A stretch of DNA of 64,000 nucleotides from a candidate division WOR-3 bacterium (GTDB lineage: Bacteria; Hydrothermota; Hydrothermia; B15-G9; WFZT01): contig JALUEE010000047.1 of assembly GCA_027053075.1 (NCBI GenBank), positions 1 to 64,000 on the forward strand, read 5' to 3'. Shown piece by piece: positions 1-10,389 of this stretch (positions are counted from its first letter, which is position 1; every line of letters starts with the position of its first letter). The notes under the pieces are model-generated. The model was given only the letters and a program-made list of their open reading frames with translations, was not told the origin of the DNA and searched no databases. The translations under genes were made by a program, and so were the position numbers.

Positions 1-1071
1 TTTTTCATGATCTTTTTCGTATCACTCATAATTCCCGGCATACTGCTATCAAAAATAGGGCTTGAGGCAACAGGTGTTGAGGAAGCCGTTTTTGAGGGAG
101 CATTTACCTATGTTTTCGTAACATTTCTGTTTCTACCTGTCATGCTCCTCTTCTATGCGCTTGAGGCCGCAACTCAGGCCTTTGGGGATACCAGATCCCC
201 AATGGAGGCAACCTTTATCGTTGTAATTCTCAACCTTTTGATTGACCCTGTACTGGTTTTGCATTTCAAAATGGGACTTGCGGGGCTTGCAATTGCCTCC
301 GGTATTTCACGCATTGCTGGAATCTTTTACATTTATCGTAAGTTCGTGAAAACCGCTGGATTTAGCTCAAAATCTCACAAATTCCCTGACTTTGATTTCC
401 GTCTTGGTGTTAGAGCCTTCAGTATCGGCTTTCCTGTAAGTCTTGGCGGGATCAGCTTCAGCCTCATTTATTTCTACATCGTCAAGATTGTGGCTCGATT
501 TGGAACCCCTGCTGTGGCGGCAATGGCCGTGGGTAACAGAATTGAAGGTATAACCTACCTTTTTGGAGTGGGATATTACACTGCTGTGGCAGCAGTCGTG
601 GGGCAGAGCATTGGAGCACAGAAACCAGAGAGGGCGAAACGGGCGTTAAATCGGGCATTAATTCATAGCGGTTTATTTGGATTAATCATGGGAATCCTGT
701 TTTTCTTCTTTCCTGACATCTTCGGCAGACCTTTTCTTCACGAGCATCAATCACTTTCAATTTTTAAAAGCTACCTGAGGATTAACGCTTTCAACCAGAT
801 TGCCATGATATACCACGTGGTGCTTGAGGGGGCGTTTGTGGGCGTGGGATACACGTTACCAAACTTTGTAGTTCCAATCCCCTTCTGGTTTCTCCGGATT
901 CCCCTGTCCATTTATCTTGCCTTTAAAGCTGGAATTGGAGTTAATGGGGTCTGGCTATCAATGCTGATAACACAAACTATTTCTTCTGCCCTGTTATACG
1001 TGTGGTGGCGAATTCTTGTGAATCACCATAAAGCTCTGAGACAGGTAAAATCTCCTGGGGCACACCTTTGA
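1..1071 (+). CDS. MATE family efflux transporter (5' end probably outside the window)
   Basis: Hydrophobic multi-TM ORF with GDTRSPM, NLLIDPVLV and VGQSIGAQKPERAK MATE signatures. Confidence 0.85.
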   Translation, partial: FFMIFFVSLIIPGILLSKIGLEATGVEEAVFEGAFTYVFVTFLFLPVMLLFYALEAATQAFGDTRSPMEATFIVVILNLLIDPVLVLHFKMGLAGLAIASGISRIAGIFYIYRKFVKTAGFSSKSHKFPDFDFRLGVRAFSIGFPVSLGGISFSLIYFYIVKIVARFGTPAVAAMAVGNRIEGITYLFGVGYYTAVAAVVGQSIGAQKPERAKRALNRALIHSGLFGLIMGILFFFFPDIFGRPFLHEHQSLSIFKSYLRINAFNQIAMIYHVVLEGAFVGVGYTLPNFVVPIPFWFLRIPLSIYLAFKAGIGVNGVWLSMLITQTISSALLYVWWRILVNHHKALRQVKSPGAHL

Positions 1072-2347
1072 AATATCTGGATTCGAGTTTAAACCTGCTA
1101 AGGTCTGTAACGATAAGAAGATTCATCCTATCAAGATTGTAAAACTCCCGAATAACCCGATTCACGTCCTCAACTGTTAAATTCTTTATTTCCTCGAGGT
1201 CTTTCATGAAGTAGTTGGGATCAAGCCCGAAGAGCACGCTATGAAGCCTCGTTGCCATCACGCTTGTATAGGAGAGGAGTTTACGCGGTAAACTCCCTTC
1301 GTAGTATTGCTTGGCCTCTTTTAGCTCTTTATCTGTGATTCCGTTCCTGATAAACTCCTCAAAGACTTCCATTGTCCTGTCAATTGCAGCATTTGTCGTC
1401 TCTACACTGGTCTCAAAATTAATGGAAAAGCGTCCGGGAATAATAACATTTTCAAAGGGATATCCGGGGTCAATAAGCGCGTTGATGCTGTAGGTAAACC
1501 CACTTTTGCTTCTCACTTCTACCAGCAGACGGGAGGAGAATCCCGCTTCACCGAGTATGTAGTTGGCCACACGGAGCGCGTTGAAATCAGGGGACTTTCG
1601 GTCCACTCCAACGTAGCCCATTCTGATGACGCTCTGGCTCACCGGCATGTCCACAAGGGTTACCTGTGAACCCTCATGAGGAGTAAAAGGTGGTATCTCT
1701 TCTTTCTTGGCTCTTTTAGTTTTCCATTCCCCGAAAAATTTGTTTAAGAAATCGACCTCATCAAAGTCAGAAACAACAACGAGGAAACTATTATCAGTGG
1801 TGTAACAATTTTTATAGAATTTTCTCACATCCCGTGGTCCAATTTTCTTGACGGTCTCGATCTTCCCATCCACATCATGACCCACAGGATGACCGTTGAA
1901 TAATTTCTGATGGAAAACATATTCTGCTACCTTCGCGGGCTCGCTGAAATCCATGAGGAACCCGTTTATGGTGAGAATTTTTTCCCTCTCTAAATCCGAG
2001 GGTCTCAAAGCCGGCTCAAAGACGAGCTTACTTAAAATCTCCAGTGCCCGATCCGGGTCAGCCGAGAGGGATTTAAAAGAAACGCTTGAATAGGAATACG
2101 ATGTGTTTGAGGAAACGAGGGCCCCTTCCATTTCCAGAGCCTTTGCAACATCAATTTCATTCATCCCTGGGGGCCCATCTTCCAGCAGGTCCGTTGTTAT
2201 TGAGGCAAGTCCAAGGAGCTCTGGTGGGTCATAGGCTGCACCACACCTTGTGACGAAATTCATCTGAAGTATAGGCAGGTCCTTTTTCCTGACCCCATAG
2301 ACCTTCAATCCGTTATCAAGTGTAATCTCATAGGTGTCAAGTCTCAT
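977..2347 (-). CDS. M16 family peptidase, non-catalytic partner subunit
   Basis: M16-like motifs (LDNGLKV, GFSSRLLVEVR..GFTY), no HxxEH; paired with the upstream M16 gene. Confidence 0.85.
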   Translation of the reverse strand: MRLDTYEITLDNGLKVYGVRKKDLPILQMNFVTRCGAAYDPPELLGLASITTDLLEDGPPGMNEIDVAKALEMEGALVSSNTSYSYSSVSFKSLSADPDRALEILSKLVFEPALRPSDLEREKILTINGFLMDFSEPAKVAEYVFHQKLFNGHPVGHDVDGKIETVKKIGPRDVRKFYKNCYTTDNSFLVVVSDFDEVDFLNKFFGEWKTKRAKKEEIPPFTPHEGSQVTLVDMPVSQSVIRMGYVGVDRKSPDFNALRVANYILGEAGFSSRLLVEVRSKSGFTYSINALIDPGYPFENVIIPGRFSINFETSVETTNAAIDRTMEVFEEFIRNGITDKELKEAKQYYEGSLPRKLLSYTSVMATRLHSVLFGLDPNYFMKDLEEIKNLTVEDVNRVIREFYNLDRMNLLIVTDLSRFKLESRYFKGVPQEILPVSELYGDSQEFATTRITGQKK

Positions 2348-3612
2348 TTCTTTCTAAGCCTCACAACTGTCAGATTATCGTCATTAAGGTACTTTTGAGC
2401 CACTTTCCTGACATCCTCACGAGAAACCTGCATAAGTTTCTCCGGGTATTTGTTAATGTAATCCGGCGTGGCGAGTAAATTGTACTCTCCAAGCATAAAG
2501 GACATATCAAGGGTGGTTTCCTGTTTATAGACAAAATTGGCAAGAACCTTTTTCCTGGATTTTTCCAATTCTTCTTCGCTCACACCTTCGTTCTTGATTC
2601 TTTCGATCTCGTCCTTAAGGACGGCCTCTCCTTTCTCAACCATGACATTCTCATTCCAGTGAATGTGGAATATCAGCAATCCGGGGTCTTTCAGGCTCAA
2701 TAGAGTTACATCCACGCTGGAGGCCAATTTTTTCTTATAAACCAGCTTTTCATAAAGCCGCGATGACCTTCCACCACCTAATACATCATTGAGAATGGAA
2801 AGGGCCGGTGTATCCTCGTGTTTAAATTCCGGTATGTGGTAGGATAAGGTTGAAATATTGATAAGACCATTTTTATCAAAAATTTCTCGAATTTTGATGC
2901 CCTCCTGAGGTGGCTCCTGGGTAATGTCGTGTTCGAGGGTTCCACGGTTTTGAATACCACCGAAATACTTTTCGGCAAGCTGGAATACTTCCTCTGTTTT
3001 GACATCACCTCCCACAAGCAAAAATGCATTTCTGGGACTATAATGGGATTCGTAGTATTCTCTGACCTTTTCAAGTGTCATATTTTCAAGGTCACTTGCA
3101 AAGCCGATGACTGGAATCCTATATGGATGTGCCTCATAAGCGGTGAGGAAAATCTCTTCAAAGAGCTTGCCCTCGGGATAATTTTCTACAGTTAATTTTC
3201 TCTCCTCTTTCACCACGTTGAGCTCTTTATCAAATTCCCGAAATGTCAGGTTTTGCATTCTGTCGGCTTCCATCTCTAAAAGGAGTTCTAACTTTGAAGA
3301 TGGGACGAGAGAAAAATAAACCGTCTCGTCTTTCCATGTCATAGCGTTGTCGTAACCTCCAAAGCTCTGGACGATTGCCGAAAACTCCTCGGGGCCGTAT
3401 TTTTTGGTTCCTTTAAACATCATGTGTTCCAGCAAATGGGAGATGCCGGAAATCCCCGGGAATTCGTACCTTGAGCCTACTCTGTACCAGACCTGAATTG
3501 ACACAACTGGCACACGATGGTCCTCGAAGGTAAGGACTTCGAGACCGTTCTCCAGACGGGTGCGCTCAAATCTAATCTTTAGTTTCTTCAGTATCTCAGA
3601 GGAAATAGCCAT
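2344..3612 (-). CDS. M16 family zinc peptidase, catalytic subunit
   Basis: GISHLLEHMMFKGT (HxxEH); start taken at ATG 3612. Confidence 0.9.
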   Translation of the reverse strand: MAISSEILKKLKIRFERTRLENGLEVLTFEDHRVPVVSIQVWYRVGSRYEFPGISGISHLLEHMMFKGTKKYGPEEFSAIVQSFGGYDNAMTWKDETVYFSLVPSSKLELLLEMEADRMQNLTFREFDKELNVVKEERKLTVENYPEGKLFEEIFLTAYEAHPYRIPVIGFASDLENMTLEKVREYYESHYSPRNAFLLVGGDVKTEEVFQLAEKYFGGIQNRGTLEHDITQEPPQEGIKIREIFDKNGLINISTLSYHIPEFKHEDTPALSILNDVLGGGRSSRLYEKLVYKKKLASSVDVTLLSLKDPGLLIFHIHWNENVMVEKGEAVLKDEIERIKNEGVSEEELEKSRKKVLANFVYKQETTLDMSFMLGEYNLLATPDYINKYPEKLMQVSREDVRKVAQKYLNDDNLTVVRLRKK

Positions 3613-3679
3613 GAGAGGTTTTAGGATAACAGCGTTGGCGAAGTGTGTCAAGCGAGGGTTTTTATCTTGAATTTTTTAT

Positions 3680-3785
3680 TTTTCAAGCGGAAGGCACCCT
3701 TCCTGAATCCCACCCTCCACGCACAAAGTGCTGGAGGGAAGATGGGAGGTGGAATTTTCGAGCAAGCCCCTCTGACTCTTGAAAA
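3680..3785. repeat. Palindromic REP/MITE-like element
   Basis: TTTTCAAG...CTTGAAAA ends, central CCACGCACAAAGTGCTGG hairpin; related copies at 10508-10627, 24026-24087, 35161-35220, 40228-40283, 55726-55782. Confidence 0.75.
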
Positions 3786-3817
3786 GTTTGTCATTTGCAT
3801 TATCATTAAAGATAGAA

Positions 3818-5320
3818 ATGAAAGTTTTGTTTGTCTATCCAGAATATCCTGTAACTTTCTGGAGCTTTAAATACTCGCTTAAATTCATCTCAAAAAAGGC
3901 GTCCCTGCCTCCTTTGGGGCTTATAACCGTAGCTGCAATGACGCCTGATTCCTGGGAAAAGAAACTTGTTGACCTGAATGCAGAAAAGCTCGATGAGCGC
4001 ATTCTGAAAGACTATGATTTCTGCTTCATAAGTGCCATGGCCGTCCAGAGGAAATCGGCAAGAGAAGTCATTTCCCTCTGTAAAAAACATGGAGTGAAAA
4101 TTGTTGCTGGCGGTCCCCTCTTTACAACTGAACCCGAAAAATTTGACGATGTTGATTACCTCGTCCTCAATGAGGCTGAAATAACCCTTAAAGAGTTTCT
4201 ACACGATCTTGAACATGGAAAACCCAAACATATCTATGCAACCGCAGAGTGGGCCGACATAAAGACCACTCCTCCACCCCAATGGGATCTTTTAAACAAA
4301 AAATATTATGCCTCCATGAGTCTGCAGTTTTCCCGTGGATGCCCGTTTAACTGCGAATTCTGCGATATCCCATTCCTTTATGGGAGGATGCCGAGAACCA
4401 AGACTGCGGAGCAGATGGTGAGAGAGCTTGAATCACTGTACCAATGGGGATGGAGAGGCGATTTGTTCTTTGTTGATGACAACTTCATTGGCAACAAAAG
4501 AGTCCTCAAAAAGGAGGTACTTCCCGCTATGGTAGAATGGATGCGGAAGAGAAATTACCCCTTCAGCATCATTACAGAAGCATCCCTAAACCTTGTTGAC
4601 GACGAAGAATTGATGGACCTGATGATAAATGCAGGCTTCAACCGGGTATTTGTGGGGATTGAAACTCCAAATGAGGACAGCTTAAAGGAGGCAAACAAAT
4701 TTGCCAATCTCAGGAGGAATTTACTGGAATCAGTGAGAATTCTTCACGAACATGGATTTATCGTGCACAGTGGGTTCATCCTTGGATTTGACAGTGACAA
4801 ACCCTCCATTTTTGATCTCATGATAAGGTTTATCCAGAACTCTGCTATTACTGTCGCAATGGTTGGCCTTTTGAATGCTCCACGTGGCTCAAAGCTCTAT
4901 GAGAAGTTAAAACTTCAGAAAAGACTGCTTGGCGACATAACTGGAGACAACACAGATTTCTCGACAAATATCATCCCGAAAATGGGCCTCGATACATTGG
5001 TTGCCGGATATAAAAAGGTGGTCTCCACCATCTATTCACCTGCAGAATACTACAAACGAGTCAAAAAATTCCTCACCGAATACAAGCTGCCAAGGCGGGA
5101 ACTCGTGGACGTCAACTGGACAAATATCAAAGCATTCTTAAAATCCCTCTTTGTACTTGGAATCAAAGACCGAGGAAGAAAGTATTACTGGAAACTTTTG
5201 CTCTGGACAATTTTCAAAAGACCTAAGTATCTTCCCATAACAGTTACCCTTTACATCTACGGTTATCACTTCAGAAGGATATTTATTGATGACCCAAAAA
5301 AGTTAGCTCCTTCCCATTAA
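3818..5320 (+). CDS. B12-binding radical SAM protein (DUF4070-type C-terminus)
   Basis: PPLGLITVAA B12-binding start, SRGCPFNCEFC (CxxxCxxC), FFVDDNF. Confidence 0.9.
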   Translation: MKVLFVYPEYPVTFWSFKYSLKFISKKASLPPLGLITVAAMTPDSWEKKLVDLNAEKLDERILKDYDFCFISAMAVQRKSAREVISLCKKHGVKIVAGGPLFTTEPEKFDDVDYLVLNEAEITLKEFLHDLEHGKPKHIYATAEWADIKTTPPPQWDLLNKKYYASMSLQFSRGCPFNCEFCDIPFLYGRMPRTKTAEQMVRELESLYQWGWRGDLFFVDDNFIGNKRVLKKEVLPAMVEWMRKRNYPFSIITEASLNLVDDEELMDLMINAGFNRVFVGIETPNEDSLKEANKFANLRRNLLESVRILHEHGFIVHSGFILGFDSDKPSIFDLMIRFIQNSAITVAMVGLLNAPRGSKLYEKLKLQKRLLGDITGDNTDFSTNIIPKMGLDTLVAGYKKVVSTIYSPAEYYKRVKKFLTEYKLPRRELVDVNWTNIKAFLKSLFVLGIKDRGRKYYWKLLLWTIFKRPKYLPITVTLYIYGYHFRRIFIDDPKKLAPSH

Positions 5321-5776
5321 TTCTTTTAGCCTGTTTTTGACCTCCTCCACATGACCTTTAACTTTCACATTTCTCCATATATACCTGATCTTTCCATCAG
5401 GATCAATTATGAATGTGCTCCTCTCGGTACCAAAGTACTCTCTGCCGTACCTCTTCTTGAGTTTCCATGCACCGTAGGCCTCAATCACCCTGTGCTCAGG
5501 GTCACTCAGAAGCGTAATCTTGAGATTATGTTTCTCTCTGAAATTTTTATGACTTTTTACTGAATCCTTACTGACGCCCAAAACAACTGCCTCAAGAGCC
5601 TCGAAATCCTTAAGATTTTCGGTGAAATCAATGGCTTCGCGCGTACACCCACTGGTATTGTCTTTCGGGTAGAAATAGAGCACCACCCATTTTCCTCGAA
5701 AATCCTTAAGGCAAACTTCTTTACCATCCTGATCTGGCAAACAGAATTCAGGTGCAACATCTCCTATCTCTGGCAT
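5303..5776 (-). CDS. bcp: Thioredoxin-dependent peroxiredoxin (BCP/PrxQ)
   Basis: VLYFYPKDNTSGCTREA motif. Confidence 0.95.
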   Translation of the reverse strand: MPEIGDVAPEFCLPDQDGKEVCLKDFRGKWVVLYFYPKDNTSGCTREAIDFTENLKDFEALEAVVLGVSKDSVKSHKNFREKHNLKITLLSDPEHRVIEAYGAWKLKKRYGREYFGTERSTFIIDPDGKIRYIWRNVKVKGHVEEVKNRLKELMGRS

Positions 5777-5956
5777 CTTTTAACCTCCTTTTTCCAATTA
5801 TTGTAATTTTCCACACGGAAATTTTAAAGCCCTTATTCAGAAATAAAAATGACTACCGCGTAAAAAATTAGTTTTAATGCGGAATTCCAGGTGACGAGCT
5901 TTATATGCGCGTAGATACTTGCCTTAGCCCTGTCGTTTCAGTATGATTATTTTGAA

Positions 5957-6196
5957 GTGGATGAAAAAATGAAGCAGATGGTGCTAAAATCCATAGAGAA
6001 AACCCAGAAGGGGTGGAAGAAGGGGACCCAGGTAAAGTTAAAGCAGGAGTACCCCGAGCTTTACAAAGAGCTTGTGTTTCTTGAGGAGCAGATAAACTCC
6101 AAGATGATTGAAGGGGCCAGGGAAGATGAAATAAAATTACTCATCGAGCGCTGGGAGAAGCTGGTAGAAGAGATTAAGAGGAAATTAAATGGTTGA
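5957..6196 (+). CDS. Small helical hypothetical protein
   Basis: 79 aa charged ORF overlapping the start of the next gene. Confidence 0.6.
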   Translation: MDEKMKQMVLKSIEKTQKGWKKGTQVKLKQEYPELYKELVFLEEQINSKMIEGAREDEIKLLIERWEKLVEEIKRKLNG

Positions 6197-7127
6197 TGCC
6201 GCATTTGTTAATGAGCTTATATCCACAATGGTTGAGAAAAGGGCCTACGAAGGTATATTTGCTGCCGGGGCCAGGCCTATTTTAAGAACAGAAAACGGAG
6301 CAATTGGGTTTAAAGATGCAAGACTTACACCCGATGATGTGATTCAACTCCTTGTTCTTTTGAGGCAGAAATCCAAATTTGCAAACAATCCTCTTGAAGA
6401 ATCTGGAATTTTCTCCTTCGGCATCAAAAATCTTGGTCGTTTTACTGTGGAGTATCTCCAGCAGAGAGGTTCAATTGTCGTCTCACTACGCCGCATGCGG
6501 GAGAAAGTTTTCGATATCAAGCAGGCCGTCACATCACGCGAACTCCTCCCCATGCTCTTTCACCTCATAGATCAGGGAACCGGACTCTTCATCATTAGCG
6601 GTAAGAATCAGGTTCTAAACGTATCGGTGGCGGCTTCCATAATTTCATACATCACACAAAAAAAGTTGAATGTGGTTTACACGGTCGAGAAGCCACAAAC
6701 CCATCTTTTGAGACACAATAACGGCGTGGTGATCCAGAGAGAGGTTGGAACTGATGTGATGAGCTTCGACGAGGCTATAAGACAGGCACTGAGTATGAAC
6801 GTGGATATACTCTATTTAAATGACGTGCCCGGCGAAGAGACCTTGAGTGGTATCTTCAGGGCAGTTGAACGGGGAATCCTCGTCATCGCTGCGTTTCCCT
6901 CTGCTGGCATTCCCTACTCCTTCTTATACCTTGAAAATATCGCTATAAGCCCAATAACAGTCAGGGAGCTTACTGCAAGTTCTCTCCAGATGGTAATTAG
7001 CCCACTGAGTTTTGACCACAGGGCAAACGTTTTGCATGCCAGCTGGCTTTTCAAAAAGGAAGAAGTATCCAACATGATACGGCTGGGGAATTACTTTGAG
7101 CTCGAAAGGTTTATAAAAAAGAGCTGA
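6189..7127 (+). CDS. PilT/PilU-like protein with degenerate ATPase motifs
   Basis: FSFGIKNLGRF, QQRGS, TVEKP, QREVGTDVMSF match PilT; Walker A, Walker B and His box not recognisable. Confidence 0.75.
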   Translation: MVDAAFVNELISTMVEKRAYEGIFAAGARPILRTENGAIGFKDARLTPDDVIQLLVLLRQKSKFANNPLEESGIFSFGIKNLGRFTVEYLQQRGSIVVSLRRMREKVFDIKQAVTSRELLPMLFHLIDQGTGLFIISGKNQVLNVSVAASIISYITQKKLNVVYTVEKPQTHLLRHNNGVVIQREVGTDVMSFDEAIRQALSMNVDILYLNDVPGEETLSGIFRAVERGILVIAAFPSAGIPYSFLYLENIAISPITVRELTASSLQMVISPLSFDHRANVLHASWLFKKEEVSNMIRLGNYFELERFIKKS

Positions 7128-7436
7128 CCTGCTACCTATTTTCCGTTTGGCTCGATTTTAAGGACTTTTATCCAGGCGAAAAGCTTCTGAATTGTAGACC
7201 ACACCTCAGTCCTGTAAGCCCAATAATTCCCGACCCAAAACCCCGAATACAAAAATTTGAAAGAAATCACCGCTCCATACGAAAAGATAAATCAACTTGA
7301 GAGGGACCGGGGCATTTTTCATCAAACATCCCCGAGACTTTACCTCAAAGAGGTCACCCAAAATGGTTTAAAAATAATCTAACTCCCTGGAAATAAAATT
7401 CTTCGCTCAGCTATGGGGGAAAATGCTAAGATAAGT

Positions 7437-8804
7437 TTACTTCTTAACCTTTCTCTTGCGGGCGGATGGTATTCCAAGAAAGCTCCTTTTTTCTGATATG
7501 CTACGTCTCGAAATGTTTATCCCCTCTTCCTTGAGGATTCTGGCAATGTCCTCATCCCTTAAGGGGTGCTCCTTGTCCTCACTTTCTATCAACTCTTTTA
7601 TCCTCTTCAAAAGATAATCACTGGAAACGTTGTTGTTTTCCCCTTTTATCTTGAGAGACCTGGAGAAGAAGAATTTTAGCTCGAAAATGCCGACAGGGGT
7701 ATCTGCGTATTTCTTGTTAACGATTCTATTGAGTGTGGATGGTGGTATTCCCAGCTCCTCAGCCGCCTGTAGCTGAGTGATGGGATTTAAATATTTGGTC
7801 TTCCCCATGAGGAAATCTTTCTGATGTTGGGCAATAAACTCGGCAATCCTCAGGATATAGGCTTTCCTTTTTTGAAGCCCCTCAAGGAACTCGAGCGCCC
7901 TCTTATACCTCTCCTGAATAAACCTTTTGGCCTCATCAGGAATGCCCGGGTCATCAAGCATTTTAAGATACTTCGAGTTTAACGTTACCTTGGGAATCCC
8001 CGACTCTACAAGTTCAACCACGAGCCTTCCTTCGACAATTTTTATAATCACCTCCGGATAAACGTAAGAGGGTCGAGTTCTGTCATACTTATTCACCGGA
8101 TGGGGATAAAGCTGTTTTAAAATCTCCCTCGCACGCTCCTTCTCCTCGTCTGGTAAATTGTTGATAAGTTTCTGAACATGGTAACTATCAAGTTTATCCC
8201 AATAGTCACTCACTACCTGGTAAAGAATAGAATCGTTACAGCCAAGAAAATCTAACTGCGCGAGATAAACTTCCCGGATATCTCTCGCGGCAACACCAGG
8301 GGGATCAAACCTCATAAGCTCACGCCTTACCTCTTCGACAACTTCGACAGGCACACCCAATTCATTTGCAATATCCTCGACCGGATCCCTCAACATTCCG
8401 TTACCGTCAAGTCTATCAAATAGTTCGCGCGCGATTTTTCCTTCTATGGTGTTTTCAGGGAATGTGACCGCAAGCTGGGCTTCTATCCTCTGCCAGAAAT
8501 TAATACCCTCTGTCATCCACCTGGCGTCAACTTCCTGCTCTTCTTCCTCATCTGGAGCTATCGGTATCTTAGGGTCACCGGAGAGTTCACTGTATGAAGA
8601 TGTGACCTCGCGTTTTTCAAGCCTGTTTCGCATGCGGTCCATCACGTTGACGTCCTCTTTCAAAAGCGGATTCTGCTCAAGCTCCTCAAGAATCATTTCG
8701 TTAAGCTCAAGAAGAGGGGTCTGAATTAAACGAATCTCTGTTCGCAGGATGGGGAACATATTCTGCTTGAGTTTCATCTGCTGTTTCTGGCTGAAACCCT
8801 TCAT
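7437..8804 (-). CDS. rpoN: RNA polymerase sigma-54 factor
   Basis: Q-rich region I, ELEQNPLL, FDPPGVAAR, STLNRIVNKKYADTPVGIFELKFFF; follows lptB. Confidence 0.92.
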   Translation of the reverse strand: MKGFSQKQQMKLKQNMFPILRTEIRLIQTPLLELNEMILEELEQNPLLKEDVNVMDRMRNRLEKREVTSSYSELSGDPKIPIAPDEEEEQEVDARWMTEGINFWQRIEAQLAVTFPENTIEGKIARELFDRLDGNGMLRDPVEDIANELGVPVEVVEEVRRELMRFDPPGVAARDIREVYLAQLDFLGCNDSILYQVVSDYWDKLDSYHVQKLINNLPDEEKERAREILKQLYPHPVNKYDRTRPSYVYPEVIIKIVEGRLVVELVESGIPKVTLNSKYLKMLDDPGIPDEAKRFIQERYKRALEFLEGLQKRKAYILRIAEFIAQHQKDFLMGKTKYLNPITQLQAAEELGIPPSTLNRIVNKKYADTPVGIFELKFFFSRSLKIKGENNNVSSDYLLKRIKELIESEDKEHPLRDEDIARILKEEGINISRRSISEKRSFLGIPSARKRKVKK

Positions 8805-9523
8805 AGCCTGAACCTCTCGCCCAGATAAAACTTCCTCACGTTTTGATCGTTCACAAGCTCTTCCGATGAACCCTGAAACATAATCTTTCCATCATAAATT
8901 ATATAGGCTCGGTCTGTAATTTCCAGTGTCTCCCGAACGTTGTGATCAGTTATCAAAACACCGATAGACATGCCCTTGAGAGTTTTAACGATTTCCTGGA
9001 TATCCTGACGAGTTTTGGGATCAATACCCGTGAAAGGCTCATCAAGAAGCAGAAATTTTGGATTGAGGGCCAGACTGCGGGCAATTTCAACACGTCGCCT
9101 CTCACCCCCGGAAAGCTGGTATGCTTTACTATCACGCAACCGTAGAACATTCATCTGGTTTAACACTTCTTCAGTCTTCTTTTTTATCTTCTCTTTCGAT
9201 TTCTCTCGCATCTCGAGCACTGCATAAACATTGTCATAAACTGTCATTTTACGAAAAATAGAGGGCTCCTGCGGCAAATAGCTGATCCCCAGCCTTGCTC
9301 TTTTATACATAGGAAGTTTAGTAATATTGAGGTCATCCAGAAATATCTGACCGCCATTTGGGCTAATTGCCCCCATAATCATGTAGAAAGTTGTCGTTTT
9401 GCCAGCACCGTTAGGACCAAGAAGCCCCACAATCTCACCAGTGTTTACCTCAATATCTATGCCCTTGACAACTTCTCTTTTACCGTATCTTTTAACCAAT
9501 CCACGTGCGAAAAGCTTACTCAT
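8801..9523 (-). CDS. lptB: LPS export ABC transporter ATP-binding protein
   Basis: GPNGAGKTT, YLPQEPSIF, LSGGERRRVEIAR, TDHNVRETL. Confidence 0.97.
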   Translation of the reverse strand: MSKLFARGLVKRYGKREVVKGIDIEVNTGEIVGLLGPNGAGKTTTFYMIMGAISPNGGQIFLDDLNITKLPMYKRARLGISYLPQEPSIFRKMTVYDNVYAVLEMREKSKEKIKKKTEEVLNQMNVLRLRDSKAYQLSGGERRRVEIARSLALNPKFLLLDEPFTGIDPKTRQDIQEIVKTLKGMSIGVLITDHNVRETLEITDRAYIIYDGKIMFQGSSEELVNDQNVRKFYLGERFRL

Positions 9524-10389
9524 TTCTCCTCAAATCTCCCCTTAACCCTGCCACGGGCAGTAAAAAAACTGACCGTGTCATTTGTAACGTCTACCCTCAT
9601 CTCACTGCTTTCTATCGCCAGAACTCCATCTTTTCTTGAAGTCTCAAGAATGGGTCTACCGGTAAAAATAGCCCGTACTACATGACCTTTTGAGAGGCCA
9701 AAGATCAGGGTGTCACCAGATACGTTAGTTCTGGAAATTTTAAACTGGCCGTCTCCCAGTAACTTCACCTCAGAAGAGTCGCTCGATTTACTCAAGAACT
9801 TAAGCATTCTTGAAGACCCCTCAAAAGAGTTCGAATTTATCTTTACCCTGCTCCACGCGAGTAGCGTGTCTTTTAGAAATTTAATGGAATCTGCAACAAG
9901 ATTTATTGTATCTCCTTTAAAAAGCGAAGCCCTGGCACGGTCAAAAATCTTACCCGTGCCGGTGTTTATAAAATAAACTCCGCTATCCCCGGAAATCACA
10001 AGAGAATCATTCACGAGGAAAATCTCAATATTCCCCTGTGCGAAAGCAGTATCACCCAGGATAGATAGGTGATTTGCTTCAAAAATAGCCGATGAATCGG
10101 TTCCACTAACATTTAATCTAAAAATAGTCCTGTTTTTATCCTCAAAATAAATGAGTGAATCAGACGTGACAGTATAGCTCGGTGTCTTAAGCCTCACATG
10201 ACCATAAAGTTTCCCCATTTTTTTATCAATGTAATAAATTCCCTCGTCAGAAGTCACAATGGTACTGTCAAATTGCAGAGTTACACCATTTTTCAGGAAG
10301 TAAATCAGATTACCACCCTGATTCTGGATCTCGAGGCTTCCTGAAGAAATATTTATCGCAGAAAAAAGGAGAATTGCGATCAAATTCAT
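9520..10389 (-). CDS. LptA/OstA-like beta-jellyroll protein
   Basis: Signal-like N-terminus, beta-rich repeats, directly upstream of lptB. Confidence 0.7.
   Translation of the reverse strand: MNLIAILLFSAINISSGSLEIQNQGGNLIYFLKNGVTLQFDSTIVTSDEGIYYIDKKMGKLYGHVRLKTPSYTVTSDSLIYFEDKNRTIFRLNVSGTDSSAIFEANHLSILGDTAFAQGNIEIFLVNDSLVISGDSGVYFINTGTGKIFDRARASLFKGDTINLVADSIKFLKDTLLAWSRVKINSNSFEGSSRMLKFLSKSSDSSEVKLLGDGQFKISRTNVSGDTLIFGLSKGHVVRAIFTGRPILETSRKDGVLAIESSEMRVDVTNDTVSFFTARGRVKGRFEEK

Noticed and set aside
977..1071. 95-bp convergent overlap of the MATE and M16 genes
   Set aside because: Likely simple stop-codon drift; no sign of function
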